Shown piece by piece: positions 35,857-46,057 of a stretch of DNA of 64,000 bases. The stretch covers positions 64,001 through 128,000 of the forward strand of contig DASCPX010000027.1 of the NCBI GenBank assembly GCA_036012755.1, in the 5' to 3' direction. A program made the translations under genes and the position numbers. Within the stretch, counting starts at the first letter, position 1. Every line of letters starts with the position of its first letter. Source of the DNA: Myxococcota bacterium (GTDB taxonomy: Bacteria > Myxococcota_A > UBA796 > CAJQPC01). Below the pieces are notes generated by a model that ran no database searches, was not told the origin of the DNA, and saw only the letters and a program-made list of their open reading frames with translations.

Positions 35857-37356
35857 TCAACCGCCGACGAGCTCTACGCGGTAGAAGACCCAGCCGTAGC
35901 CTGGCTCCTCGCGCAGCGGGACGAGGATCACGTCTCCCAGATGATGTGCGGTCGCCTGTTCCAACCAGGGGGCAATGGCTGGTGCCTGGGTCCAGTCCTC
36001 CTGGAACCAGAGCACGTAGCCGATGTGCTCGGCCTCGATCCACTCCCCGAAGGCCACCCGGTTGTCGTGCTCGACCGGCACGTCGAACCAGGTGTGCAGT
36101 GTCCGCCCGTGCTCCCTGCGATCGATCCAGCACCCGGGGATGTTGTCGACCAACAGCGGCGTCGCCTCTGGGACCTCGGACTCGATCCACTGCGCCAGCT
36201 CCAGCTGGGGCTTGTACAGCTCGGCCGAGACGTCGAGCTGCCGCTTGGTCTCCAAGGCGAACGCGCGGGCTGTCTGGGCAACCGCCGCGACTGCCAGCAG
36301 GTAGACCGGAACGCGCCCGACCAGCGCGGAGAGCTGCTCGGCGACGCGCCACACACCGATCGTGGCGAGCACGATGAGTGGCGGGAGCACCCCGTGCAGC
36401 CACTTCCAGTAGAGGTTGTGACCGGGCTCGTGCTGGGCCACGAAGCCGATGGCCAGCCAGAAACCCAGCAGGCACAGCGCGGTGATCCCGACAGTCCTGC
36501 GCGGATCGTGGCGGTGCCATGGAATGCCGACGATCCCGACGACCGCCCCGACGGAGAGCGCCCACCCGATGCGCCCGGGGAGGACATCAGTGAGCAGCGC
36601 CCAGCTGACCGCCAGCCCATCCATCGCCCAGCCCTCCTGGTCAGGCGCGAGCTCGGTACCTCCGGTCTCGATGTTCACCGCGACCGAGTGACCCCAGAAC
36701 TCCCAGGTCCCATGTACCACCGAGCAATAGGCCGCCCAGGCGAAGACCAGAAGGGCGAGAGGGCCAAGCGCAGCGCCGACACGGGCGAGGCGGTGCGGCC
36801 GCCCGAGCGCATGGATGAGCAAAGCAGGCCCCAGCGTGAGCAAGCCGTCCATGCGTGTGAGGAAAGCGACGCCGGCGAGCACCGAAGCCCACGCGAGCCG
36901 CTCACGCGTGAGCGCGACGAGACAGCCGATGACAGCGGCGGCGTAGACGGGCTCTCGGAGCGAGGAGGCGGCGTAGAGCGCGAGCTCCGGCTGCACGATG
37001 GCGATCGCGCCGGCCGTCCAGGCTACGCCGCGCCCCGCAAGCCGGTCTCCGAGGACGACGGTCAAGGCCACCGTCAACATCCCGGCGAGCATGGAGACGG
37101 CCAGGGTTGCCTGGACCGCATCGCCGACCACCGCCATCACCAGGGCCGACAGCCCGTAGTACATGGGCAGGTGGTTCATGTCGAAGTGCGTGAAGCCCGA
37201 CTCGAGGACTCCGCGCACCATCGCCAGGTTGCCGTAGTCGCTCTCCTCCCAACCGAAGTAGCGAGTGCTCAGCAGTGCTCGCCAGGCACCGGCGGCAACC
37301 AGGAGTCCCGCGACCAGCAGCGTGCGGCGCCTCAGCACCGCCAGAACATACTCCAT
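35857..37356 (-). CDS. Polytopic membrane glycosyltransferase-like protein (GT-C/ArnT-like)
   Basis: Acidic EESD in the first loop, H.PMY, LREP, LTR.DG; many TM segments and a soluble C-terminal domain. Confidence 0.7.
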   Translation of the reverse strand: MEYVLAVLRRRTLLVAGLLVAAGAWRALLSTRYFGWEESDYGNLAMVRGVLESGFTHFDMNHLPMYYGLSALVMAVVGDAVQATLAVSMLAGMLTVALTVVLGDRLAGRGVAWTAGAIAIVQPELALYAASSLREPVYAAAVIGCLVALTRERLAWASVLAGVAFLTRMDGLLTLGPALLIHALGRPHRLARVGAALGPLALLVFAWAAYCSVVHGTWEFWGHSVAVNIETGGTELAPDQEGWAMDGLAVSWALLTDVLPGRIGWALSVGAVVGIVGIPWHRHDPRRTVGITALCLLGFWLAIGFVAQHEPGHNLYWKWLHGVLPPLIVLATIGVWRVAEQLSALVGRVPVYLLAVAAVAQTARAFALETKRQLDVSAELYKPQLELAQWIESEVPEATPLLVDNIPGCWIDRREHGRTLHTWFDVPVEHDNRVAFGEWIEAEHIGYVLWFQEDWTQAPAIAPWLEQATAHHLGDVILVPLREEPGYGWVFYRVELVGG

Positions 37357-37407
37357 CGCCGCTGTGGCGATGACCCGCCCGTGCTCAGGCGCGGGTCCTC
37401 ACCCGGT

Positions 37408-37857
37408 CTAGACGTCGTAGAACAGCGGGGCCTTGCCGACGGCCTTCATCGCGTCGGTGATGAGTGCCTCCTGTTCCGGGCTCAGGGGGAAGAACTTCAC
37501 GCCGCAGCCGGTCGGAGCGCCGTGCTCGTCGGTGCGGTGCCAGCGAACCTCGCCCTTCACCAGGAGAGCCTGGTCGAAGCTCACGGCGACCGACAGGTCG
37601 ATGACCTCTCCGACCACTGGCGGGCACATCGTCGCGATGAAGACGCCACCTTCCGAGATGTTCTCCGAGAAGCCCATGAAGAAGTTGTTCTCGCAGACTC
37701 CGCTGACGCGCACCTGGAGCGTGCAGCGCTTGGTTGCACGCGCTTCGGCCCAGCGCCGGTCCTGTTCTTCCTTCTCAGCCTCGACGGCGTGCTGCATCTC
37801 GCGCGCTTCGGAGGCGTTGGCGGGTGTGAAGTGGTGCTTGTGGGCGACAGCGGCCAT
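37408..37857 (-). CDS. PilZ-domain protein (TIGR02266-like)
   Basis: R...R motif, NF..GFSENISEGGVFIAT, GEVRW, G.GVKF, PLFYD C-terminus. Confidence 0.85.
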   Translation of the reverse strand: MAAVAHKHHFTPANASEAREMQHAVEAEKEEQDRRWAEARATKRCTLQVRVSGVCENNFFMGFSENISEGGVFIATMCPPVVGEVIDLSVAVSFDQALLVKGEVRWHRTDEHGAPTGCGVKFFPLSPEQEALITDAMKAVGKAPLFYDV

Positions 37858-37942
37858 GTCTTCCTCTCGGTTGTCTCGATGTCACACATGGAGATCGGAG
37901 AGACACGACGATCACGTTAGAGTCGGCGGCTCGGAGGATCGC

Positions 37943-38845
37943 GTGTCGGCTGAGCCCCCCATCCGCACCGGCTTCGTTCGGACCGAGGGTGGGCTGCGTC
38001 TCTACTGGCGTGCGACCGGCAGCGGACCGACGATGATCTGCTGCAATGGCGTGGGTGTCTCGACCTTTTTCTGGAAGTACGTCGTGGAGCACTTCGCGGA
38101 TCGCTTCCAGGTCGTGGTGTGGGACTACCGGGGCCACGGACGGTCTGACTCTCCCTTGCACCCGGACGCCGCCGACCTGTCCATCGTCGCCTGCGCCAGG
38201 GATCTCGGCCGCGTCCAAGACGCCGTCGGCAGCGAGGCCGCGGTCCTGCTCGGGCACTCCATGGGCTGCCAGGTCATCCTGGAGAGGGCGATCCAGGCTC
38301 CGGACCGGGTGGTCGGTCTCGTGCCGATGCTGGGGAGCGCCGGACGGGTGTTGGAGACCTTCTACGACAATCCCCGCAGCGTCGTCGTCTTCAAGCTCAT
38401 GTACGCGACCTCGGAGTTCATCGGCGACCGGGTCAACGCGCTCGTGCGTCCACTGATGAAGACACCGCTGGCCTGGGAGATCGCCCGTCGCGCGAAGCTC
38501 GTCGACCCCTACTACATGACCCGCGATGACTTCTCGCCCTACCTCGACCACCTGGCGGACATCGACGCGCGGCTCTTCCTCCGCATGGTGGCGGGCGCCC
38601 AGGAGCACGACGCCTTCCCCGCGCTGGCTCACATCGAGGCCCCGGCGCTGATCGTGGCCGCAGAGAACGACGGCTTCACGCCGCTGTGGTTGTCAGAGAA
38701 GATGGTCCGAGATCTGCCTGACGCCGAGCTGCTGGTCCTCGCGGATGGCTCTCACGCGGCGCTGATGGAGCAGCCTCAGACCATCAACCACCGGGTCGAG
38801 CGCTTCCTCAGCCAGAAGGTGCGCTGGACTCGGCCCGCTGCTTGA
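37943..38845 (+). CDS. Alpha/beta hydrolase
   Basis: WDYRGHGRS, GHSMG nucleophile elbow, D..TP, GSHA; GTG start inferred. Confidence 0.9.
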   Translation: MSAEPPIRTGFVRTEGGLRLYWRATGSGPTMICCNGVGVSTFFWKYVVEHFADRFQVVVWDYRGHGRSDSPLHPDAADLSIVACARDLGRVQDAVGSEAAVLLGHSMGCQVILERAIQAPDRVVGLVPMLGSAGRVLETFYDNPRSVVVFKLMYATSEFIGDRVNALVRPLMKTPLAWEIARRAKLVDPYYMTRDDFSPYLDHLADIDARLFLRMVAGAQEHDAFPALAHIEAPALIVAAENDGFTPLWLSEKMVRDLPDAELLVLADGSHAALMEQPQTINHRVERFLSQKVRWTRPAA

Positions 38846-39248
38846 AGGCCTCCAGCGTTGTCGGCAGACCGCTACGCGAGAGGGTGTTCTGGATGCTCCG
38901 CGGGACGAACATGCCGAGGACGATCGCGATGTCGTAGGTCGCTCTCGTGCCCTCGGCGCAGGCCTCCAGCGTCCAGCTGCCTTCGTTGCTACGGAAGACC
39001 CCCTGCACCAGGCTCCAGTCGAGCCTCAAGCGCCCGTCGGGCATCGTGCTCCGTCTCAAGCGGAGGGTGTAGTCGAGGCGCCGGACGATCTCGAGCGTGA
39101 AGGCGACCTCCCAGGCGTCCTTGGACTCGGCGAGGACCCGCGCGCTCTTCATGTGCGGCAGGAACTCGGGGTAGTCCGAAAAAGCCGTGATGACCGCCAT
39201 GAGCTCCTCTGGCTCGACCCCTACGACCACATCGCGCGTGGCCCTCAC
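38808..39248 (-). CDS. SRPBCC/polyketide cyclase-like (START fold) protein
   Basis: YPEFLP, YTL, WSL..G.F.SN.GSW.L, T.ATY. Confidence 0.85.
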   Translation of the reverse strand: MRATRDVVVGVEPEELMAVITAFSDYPEFLPHMKSARVLAESKDAWEVAFTLEIVRRLDYTLRLRRSTMPDGRLRLDWSLVQGVFRSNEGSWTLEACAEGTRATYDIAIVLGMFVPRSIQNTLSRSGLPTTLEAFKQRAESSAPSG

Positions 39249-41815
39249 GGGCGCTTCCGGCGGCGGCGGCGGCGGCGCCCCTTCTTCTCCTTCTCTTCCA
39301 CGGGCGCGGGGCCGAGGAGGTCCGGGTGGAGCTCCCGAAGGCGACGCGCCAGCGAGCGGTGGACCCGCTGGCGGAGCTCCGGATCCTGGACGAGGACCGA
39401 CAGCGCCGCGCGACGGGCCCGCAGCAGCAGCACGCGGTCCCGGGCGGTCTCGGCGATCTGGAAGCTCGGGAGGTCTGCCTTGCGATGCCCGAGCAAGGCG
39501 TCGTCCCCACGGGCAAGCCGGTCCTGCTCGGCGACCGCAAAGCCGTCCTGCTCTCGAGCCAGGAGCTCGACCAGGCGGCGTCCTTCTTCCGTGGGCTTCG
39601 AGCTGAACACGAAGTTGCAGATCCCTGGCTCGCGCCCGCGGGCGACGTGCCCACGCAGACGGTGCAGGCGGACGAGATCGTAGCGGTCGGCGTTCTCGAC
39701 GTGCATGCCGGTGGCGTTGGCGACCTCGGGGGCGTCCTCGATGGTTGTCGTCGCGACGAGGACGTCCAGGCGCCGGTGTCGGAAGTCCTCGAAGACGCGG
39801 TGGCGCTCCTCCCTGGTCATGCCCCCGTGGTAGAGCGCCAGACGGTACCCGGGGAAGGCCTCCGCCGAGAGCGCTCCGACGAGCTGGCTCGCACGATCCA
39901 GCGGGAGCAGATCGCGGCCAGCCAACAGAGGAAAGCAGACATAGGCCTGCCTTCCGGCGGCCAGTCGCTCACGGATCTCGGCGTAGGCCTCTTCGCGGTC
40001 GTCCGGAGTCCGCACGCGAGCCTGCACGATCTGACGGTCGGAGTCGTGCAGCACGCTGATGTCGTGGTCGCTGAAGATCGTGAACGCCAGGCTCGCGGGT
40101 ATCGGCACTGACGTGACGACCAGTAGATCAGGGTGGATGCCCTTCTGGGCGAGGTCCTTTCGGTCGAGCACGCCGAAGTGGCTGCGCTCCTCGACGATGA
40201 CCAGGCCGAGCTTCTTGAACTCTGGGAGCCCACCCTTGGCGAGGTCGTGGGTCGCGAAGACACAGCTGGCCTCGCCCCGACGGATGGCGTCGAGCTGGGC
40301 CGCGGTCGGCTCGCCGGAGACCAGCTGCGGCACCACTCCCAGACCGCGGAGTGTCGACTCCGCGAAGAGGTAGCGGTGGGCCGCGGAGACCTCATCGGGA
40401 GCCAGGAAGCACACCTGGGACTTGCCCTCGGCGACGAGGACACCGCTCAGCAGAGCGACGATGGCCTTGCCAGAGCCGACGTCCCCCTGCAGCAGGCGCG
40501 TCATCGCCGTAGGCTTGCGCAGGTCCCGCCGGATCTCGTCGAAGACCAGCTCCTGGCTGTCGTTCTGGATGAGGCCCTGTTCCTGCTGCAGCCGCGCGAC
40601 GAGACCGTGGCTGACCTTGTGGCCCATGCCCCGGTGGCGGACCTGCTGGCGGCTGGCGACGGCGAGCTGGTAGAACAGGAGCTCTTCGAAGGCCCAGCGC
40701 TCGCGGCCCCGGGACAGGCCAGTGCTCGGCACGTGGAGCTCCCAGAGCGCCTCGGTGATGCCGAGGACTCGGGCGTCCTTCGTCAGCGGGCGTGGCAGCG
40801 GGTCCTGGATCCGTCGTGCGTGCTCGGACAGGGCCTCGCGCAGCAGGCGCTGCAGATCTGCGTCGGCGATGCCTTCGAGGGCGTAGACGGGACGGCGAAT
40901 GGCTCCCCGGCTTCCCATCCACCACCGCTGTGGTTCATAGAGCACGGGCTCCTCGCCGATGCGCTCCAGTCGGCCGACGAAGGTGACCTCGCCCTCCGGC
41001 AGCTCCTCGGGGGGCATGACCCAGCGACAGCGCAGGGTGCGCTCGCCGACGACGAGATCGGCCTCGGCGACGCGGCCAGCGGGACCGAAGCGGAGCCAGC
41101 GGGCCGCCACCGTTCCGGTGACTGCCACTTCCTGGTCGTCCTCGGGCAGGTCCGCCGCGGGGTCGAGAGGCTCGAGGAGTTCGTGGCTGCGTGGGACGAG
41201 CATCAGCAGGTCGACGAGGGTGACTATCCCAGCCGCGGCCAGGCTCTCCACCAGCGCCGGGGTCGCACTCGGCAGCGAGCTGACCGGCTGACCGGTCCCC
41301 TTGGGAGCCCCGAGCGGGAGGCGTGGTGGTGGCGGCGGCGGGGGCTCGGCCTTCGCCTTGGCCCCCGTGTCCGAGCCGCGTCCGCGGCCGCGTCGGGATG
41401 GCCTGGTTGCCCGTTCGGTGACCTCCGGGGTCTCGGGGAGCTGCAGGAGGACGCCGACCGGATCGAGCGGGTCCCCCTCCTCGCTCGGCTCCATTGCGCC
41501 GTCGAGCGCGGAGAGAGCACGCTGGACGGGCTCGAGCCGATCGGTCCAGGGGGTCGAGTCGACGCCGACGAGGGCCTCGGCGGCCTCGAGGAGCCCGGGG
41601 CTTCCCGAGACATCGTGTGCTCGCAGCAGGATCGGCCGGCAGCAGCGCTCGAGCCACCGCAGATCCCACAGTCGCGCGCCGTCGTCAGCGACGGCGTACA
41701 GGAGGGTTCGCTTCACCTGGTGCAGGCCTCGGAGGCGCCCGGTCTGCTCGACCTCGGGGACCGAGGGAACCGCGGCGCCGTCCGACCCGCCCAGATCGAT
41801 CTGGGGATCGGACAT
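39245..41815 (-). CDS. recG: RecG-like protein with degenerate helicase motifs
   Basis: Wedge/OB region, FEEL..YQL, M.RLLQGDVGSGK, G.QAY.C.PL, HG.M...E...V...F, VATT.IE, DGF.VAE.D...RG. Confidence 0.8.
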   Translation of the reverse strand: MSDPQIDLGGSDGAAVPSVPEVEQTGRLRGLHQVKRTLLYAVADDGARLWDLRWLERCCRPILLRAHDVSGSPGLLEAAEALVGVDSTPWTDRLEPVQRALSALDGAMEPSEEGDPLDPVGVLLQLPETPEVTERATRPSRRGRGRGSDTGAKAKAEPPPPPPPRLPLGAPKGTGQPVSSLPSATPALVESLAAAGIVTLVDLLMLVPRSHELLEPLDPAADLPEDDQEVAVTGTVAARWLRFGPAGRVAEADLVVGERTLRCRWVMPPEELPEGEVTFVGRLERIGEEPVLYEPQRWWMGSRGAIRRPVYALEGIADADLQRLLREALSEHARRIQDPLPRPLTKDARVLGITEALWELHVPSTGLSRGRERWAFEELLFYQLAVASRQQVRHRGMGHKVSHGLVARLQQEQGLIQNDSQELVFDEIRRDLRKPTAMTRLLQGDVGSGKAIVALLSGVLVAEGKSQVCFLAPDEVSAAHRYLFAESTLRGLGVVPQLVSGEPTAAQLDAIRRGEASCVFATHDLAKGGLPEFKKLGLVIVEERSHFGVLDRKDLAQKGIHPDLLVVTSVPIPASLAFTIFSDHDISVLHDSDRQIVQARVRTPDDREEAYAEIRERLAAGRQAYVCFPLLAGRDLLPLDRASQLVGALSAEAFPGYRLALYHGGMTREERHRVFEDFRHRRLDVLVATTTIEDAPEVANATGMHVENADRYDLVRLHRLRGHVARGREPGICNFVFSSKPTEEGRRLVELLAREQDGFAVAEQDRLARGDDALLGHRKADLPSFQIAETARDRVLLLRARRAALSVLVQDPELRQRVHRSLARRLRELHPDLLGPAPVEEKEKKGRRRRRRRKRP

Positions 41816-41820
41816 GTGAC

Positions 41821-42297
41821 CTACCCGGAGATGACGTCCAGGATCTCGAAGGCCCGGCTGCCTTTCGGCGTCTTGACCTTCACCTCGTCACCGGCTTCCT
41901 TGCCGATGAGCGAGCGCCCGATGGGCGACCCATAGAAGATGAGCCCACTCTTGACATCGGCCTCGTAGTCGCTGACCAGCCGGTACTCGACCTCGTTCTC
42001 GGTGTCGAGATCCAGGAGCTGGACCTTCGCGCCGAAGATGACCTTGTCCGTGGGTGGGAGCTTGGAGATGTCGATGACCTCTGCGGTCGCCACGCGATTC
42101 TCCAAGTCGTTGATGCGAGCCTCGAGCAGGCCTTGCCGGTCCTTTGCGGTGTCGTACTCGGCGTTCTCTGACAAATCGCCGTGCGCTCGGGCCTCTTCGA
42201 TGTCCTTGACCACCTGCGGACGAAGCACCGACTTGCAGTGTCGAAGCTCCTCCGTCAGCCGCCGATGGCCCTCGGGCGTGATGGGGTTGCGCTGCAT
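41821..42297 (-). CDS. greA: Transcription elongation factor GreA
   Basis: ITPEG...L.EEL, ARAHGDLSENAEY, SPIGRSLIGK..GD. Confidence 0.97.
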   Translation of the reverse strand: MQRNPITPEGHRRLTEELRHCKSVLRPQVVKDIEEARAHGDLSENAEYDTAKDRQGLLEARINDLENRVATAEVIDISKLPPTDKVIFGAKVQLLDLDTENEVEYRLVSDYEADVKSGLIFYGSPIGRSLIGKEAGDEVKVKTPKGSRAFEILDVISG

Positions 42298-42391
42298 GAG
42301 ATCCCTGGGGTGTCTCGTGGCCTGCGGGCGGTCGCCAGCGGGGCGGGCCGGCCTGGCCGCGTGGTCGATCAGCGTATCACGCAGCCGCGTC

Positions 42392-43654
42392 TCAGCCAGC
42401 CCAGACAGTGACGCCCGCCCGCAGCGTGCGGCGGACGACCACTGGAAGCTCCCGCCCGCCCAGCGGCGTGTTGCGCGAACGGCTCGCAGAGGCCTCTGGA
42501 TCCACCGTCCAGGTGGCGCTGGCGTCGAGCACCACGAGGTCTGCTGGAGCCCCCGCGGCGACTCTCCGGTCGAGGCCGAGGATCGACGCCGGTCCAGCGC
42601 TGAGGGCGCGGAGCGCCACCTCGAGCGAGCCAGTCCCGGCGACGACGCATGACAGGGCGGTCTCCAGCGTCGAGGCTCCCGGCTCGGCCAGCGCGAACTC
42701 GAGCTCCTTGTCCACACGCGTCCGAGGTCGGTGGGCCGAAGCCGCACCGGTCAGGAGTCCGGCGTCGAGGGCGTCGATGATCGCGTTTCGGTCGTCCTCG
42801 GTGCGCAGCGGAGGCAGCAGCCGAGTGCTGCTGTCGTAGCTGCTCTGGAGGACGGCATCATCGGTCAAGAGCGTGCTCAGCGCCGTCGTGGAGGCGGTGA
42901 TGGCGACGTCGTCGTCCTTGGCGATGGCGAGGATCTCCAGCGCCAGCCGCGTCGAGACGCCCGTGATGTGCACGTGAGCGCCGGTGTAGCGCGCGAGCGC
43001 CGCCAGTCGAGCGACGGCCATCTCCTCCGCCGCCGCAGGGAGTCCGCGCAATCCCGCGAGGTTGGAGCTGTAGCCCTCGTGCATCACCCCACCCGACTCC
43101 AGGGTCCCTTCGCCAGCCCGCAACAGGACCGGGAGCCCGAAAGGACGGGCATACAAGAGGGCATTGCGCAGCACGAGGGTGTTGGGGACCAGATGCGTGC
43201 CGTTGCTGAACGCGACGGCGCCAGCTTCGGCCATCAGACCGAGCTCAGCCAGGTGCTCTCCCGCCAAGCCTCGGGTCAGCGCGCCGGCCGCCAGCACCTC
43301 GACAGAGGACTCGTCTCGAGCCCTGGTCAGGAGCTCGCGAATCACCGCGGCGTCGTCGGCGACCGGGTTCGTCGCGGGTGACGCCAGCACGGCCGTGAAG
43401 CCGCCGCGGGCCGCCGCCGCAGAGGCCGTCACGAGGTCCTCTCGCCAGGTCAGGCCCGGGTCGCAGAGCTCCGCGTCGAGATCTACCAGGGCTGGCGCGA
43501 CGACGAGGCCGCTGCAGTCGACGAGTTCGGCATCGTCGGCAGAGGCGCCGAGCTCGACCCGGACGATGAAGCCGTCTTCGATGAGCACGTCGGCGTGTTC
43601 CTCCAGTCCGGTGACCGGGCAGAGGACGCGGCCGCCACGGAGGAGGGTCCTCAA
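42392..43654 (-). CDS. pyrC: Dihydroorotase-like protein (probably inactive PyrC')
   Basis: Directly downstream of pyrB; AAARGGFT.V, P.TNP..D, PPLR.E.DR, SRS.NTP; metal-binding HxH replaced by DAE. Confidence 0.85.
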   Translation of the reverse strand: MRTLLRGGRVLCPVTGLEEHADVLIEDGFIVRVELGASADDAELVDCSGLVVAPALVDLDAELCDPGLTWREDLVTASAAAARGGFTAVLASPATNPVADDAAVIRELLTRARDESSVEVLAAGALTRGLAGEHLAELGLMAEAGAVAFSNGTHLVPNTLVLRNALLYARPFGLPVLLRAGEGTLESGGVMHEGYSSNLAGLRGLPAAAEEMAVARLAALARYTGAHVHITGVSTRLALEILAIAKDDDVAITASTTALSTLLTDDAVLQSSYDSSTRLLPPLRTEDDRNAIIDALDAGLLTGAASAHRPRTRVDKELEFALAEPGASTLETALSCVVAGTGSLEVALRALSAGPASILGLDRRVAAGAPADLVVLDASATWTVDPEASASRSRNTPLGGRELPVVVRRTLRAGVTVWAG

Positions 43655-44571
43655 GACTCGTCCCCCCCGAGCAGGAGGAACAGGAGCGCCATCCGGACCG
43701 CGACGCCGTTGGCGACCTGTTCCATGATGACGCTGTTGGCTCCGTCCGCGACCTCCGGGCTCATCTCGACACCACGGTTGATGGGACCGGGGTGCATCAC
43801 CAGGACCCTGTCGGAGGCGCGCGCCAGCTTCTGCGCGTCCAGACCGTAGAGGTGGGCGTATTCACGACTCGAGGCGACCATCGCCTCCGGCAAGCGCTCG
43901 CGCTGGATGCGGAGCATCATGAGCACGTCCGCCTCCTCGAGCACGTCATCGATCCGGTGGCGGACTTCGACGCCGTCGCGGCTCATCTCCTGGCGACACA
44001 TGGTCCCCGGACCCGCCAGCAGCACCCGGGCGCCCATCGTCCGGAGGCCATAGATATTCGAGCGAGCGACCCGTGAGTGGTAGACGTCGCCGACGATCGC
44101 CACCGTCTTGCCCTCGAGCGTGCCGAGATGATCCCGGATCGTCAGGAGGTCGAGCAGACCCTGGGTCGGGTGCTCGTTGATGCCGTCTCCGGCATTGATG
44201 ACCGAGAACTCGAAGGCCCGGGCGAGCATGTGCGGTGCGCCGCCGCAGCTGTGGCGCATCACGACGAGGTCCGGGGCCATCGCGTCGATGTTGCGGGCGG
44301 TGTCCATCAGGGTCTCGCCCTTCCTTGCAGAGGAGGTCGACGCAGAGATGTTGACCCCGTCCGCCGACAGGCGCTTGGCGGCGAGGTCGAAGCTGACGCG
44401 GGTCCTGGTGCTGTTCTCGAAGAAGAGCGAGACGACAGTGCGTCCACGCAGGGTCGGCACTTTCTTGATCCGGCGCTTGCTTACCTCTCGGAAACGGGCC
44501 GCCGTATCGAGGATCTCCGTGATCTCCTCGGCCCTGACATCTCGAAGCCCCAGGAGGTCCTTTCGGTGCAT
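43651..44571 (-). CDS. pyrB: Aspartate carbamoyltransferase catalytic subunit
   Basis: FFENSTRTR.SF, KGE, NAGDG..EHPTQ, HSRVARSN, LRIQ.ER, MHPGP.NRG. Confidence 0.98.
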   Translation of the reverse strand: MHRKDLLGLRDVRAEEITEILDTAARFREVSKRRIKKVPTLRGRTVVSLFFENSTRTRVSFDLAAKRLSADGVNISASTSSARKGETLMDTARNIDAMAPDLVVMRHSCGGAPHMLARAFEFSVINAGDGINEHPTQGLLDLLTIRDHLGTLEGKTVAIVGDVYHSRVARSNIYGLRTMGARVLLAGPGTMCRQEMSRDGVEVRHRIDDVLEEADVLMMLRIQRERLPEAMVASSREYAHLYGLDAQKLARASDRVLVMHPGPINRGVEMSPEVADGANSVIMEQVANGVAVRMALLFLLLGGDES

Positions 44572-45095
44572 CAGCCGACGAATATTCCGTCGGCTTCGCT
44601 GCCGTCTTCGACGAAAGAAACCGTCACACGATCGCCCTTGTCCGTCTCAATCCGCCTGCCGACGAAGTCTGCATGAATCGGCAGCTCCCGCCCGCCGCGA
44701 TCGACCAGCACCGCCAGCTTGATCCAATCGGGCCGCCCGTAGTCCATCAGCAGTCCTAGGGCAGCGCGGACGGTGCGGCCGGTGAACAACACGTCATCGA
44801 CGAGGACCACCCGCGCGCCGTCGACGGCGAAGGGGATGCGCGTGTCCCCCAGCGTGGGTTTCTCCAGGCCCGTGTAGAGGTCGTCCCGATACAGGGTGAT
44901 GTCCATCTCGCCGAGGACGGGGCAGGCTCCTTCGAGCTCTCCGATGGTCCGGCTCAGGCGCTGCGCGAGGTAGACGCCTCCAGTGCGGATGCCGACGAGC
45001 CGAAGGTCCTCGAGGCCCTGGGTGGACTCGAGGATCTCGGTCGCGAGCCGGCGAATCGAGCGGGACAGATCGACGCTCGAGAGGACCTGGCGCAT
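44571..45095 (-). CDS. pyrR: PyrR bifunctional regulator / uracil phosphoribosyltransferase
   Basis: GIRTGG..LA.R, DITLYRDD, LVDDVLFTGRTVRAA, VDRG.RELPI.AD.VG. Confidence 0.96.
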   Translation of the reverse strand: MRQVLSSVDLSRSIRRLATEILESTQGLEDLRLVGIRTGGVYLAQRLSRTIGELEGACPVLGEMDITLYRDDLYTGLEKPTLGDTRIPFAVDGARVVLVDDVLFTGRTVRAALGLLMDYGRPDWIKLAVLVDRGGRELPIHADFVGRRIETDKGDRVTVSFVEDGSEADGIFVG

Positions 45096-45491
45096 CTACC
45101 AGTCGTAGAGGTCGCCGCTCGCGTCGAGGTACTTGTGGACCTCGAACTCGAGCGTCGTGCGCGTGTCGACCAGCGGGTACTTCACGTCGACTGCCCAATA
45201 GCAGCTGACGTGCTTCTCCTTGCCTTCCTCCCAGAACTCGCAGTCCTCCGGAATGATGTACATGGGGATCTCGCGCTTATCCAGCTCATGGGCGAGCATG
45301 CTCTCGCCCTTGACCTGGTTGCGGTCGCGCCACTCGAGGATGGACACCGTGACGACCTCGTCCATCTTGCGCGACGTCCAATAGGGCGGAACGAAGGCCC
45401 AGATCGAGTACGCCCCGGCGATGAAGGCCAGGAACATCAGCATCTTCACGATGTCGATGCGTCCCTGGCGTCTCCAGGAGTTCATGCTCAC
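45096..45491 (-). CDS. Small single-TM protein (DUF4845-like, downstream of lepB)
   Basis: RRQG followed by a hydrophobic helix and PPY; position after lepA-lepB. Confidence 0.6.
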   Translation of the reverse strand: MSMNSWRRQGRIDIVKMLMFLAFIAGAYSIWAFVPPYWTSRKMDEVVTVSILEWRDRNQVKGESMLAHELDKREIPMYIIPEDCEFWEEGKEKHVSCYWAVDVKYPLVDTRTTLEFEVHKYLDASGDLYDW

Positions 45492-46057
45492 CTCTTGCCT
45501 GGACTCTCACACGACGGCCCTGGCCACGCAACGCCCGAGACGACGCCTACGATGGTGTCCTCTTCGATCGCTCCCCACTGTCGACTGTCGTGGGAACGCG
45601 GTCGGGAGTCGCCGAGGACCCAGAGCTCGCCGGGTCCGAGCTCCGTGCGCTCGTGGTCTCCGCCACGCACCACCGCGTAGCCAGCCTCGATGGTCCCGGC
45701 CTCCGCGCGCTCGCGGCACTGGCCGTCCACCCAGAGCAGCGGCGCCTCGTCGACGAAGGCAGCCTCCCCGTCGACGTAGAGCCGCCCGTCCGCGAGCTCC
45801 ACCTCTCCGGGGCCGCGCGCCACGAGCCGCTTCACGTGGAGGAGGCCGTCGCCGAGGTCCAGGACCACGACGTCGCCGACCTCTGCAGTGGCGAGCCTCG
45901 CGCTGAGGACGATCGCTCCCTCCCGGATGTTGGGCTCCATGGACCCGGTGCGGACTCGGACGACGTCGAAGACCAGCTGGCGGAGCAGGACCGCGACGAC
46001 GAGGAGGACGACCGCCCCGACGAGACCTCTGCGCCCCAGCCCGCGTCGCTCAGTCAT
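45488..46057 (-). CDS. lepB: Signal peptidase I
   Basis: GSMEP (Ser), VKR (Lys), VLGD.R..S.DSR.WG. Confidence 0.92.
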   Translation of the reverse strand: MTERRGLGRRGLVGAVVLLVVAVLLRQLVFDVVRVRTGSMEPNIREGAIVLSARLATAEVGDVVVLDLGDGLLHVKRLVARGPGEVELADGRLYVDGEAAFVDEAPLLWVDGQCRERAEAGTIEAGYAVVRGGDHERTELGPGELWVLGDSRPRSHDSRQWGAIEEDTIVGVVSGVAWPGPSCESPGKR

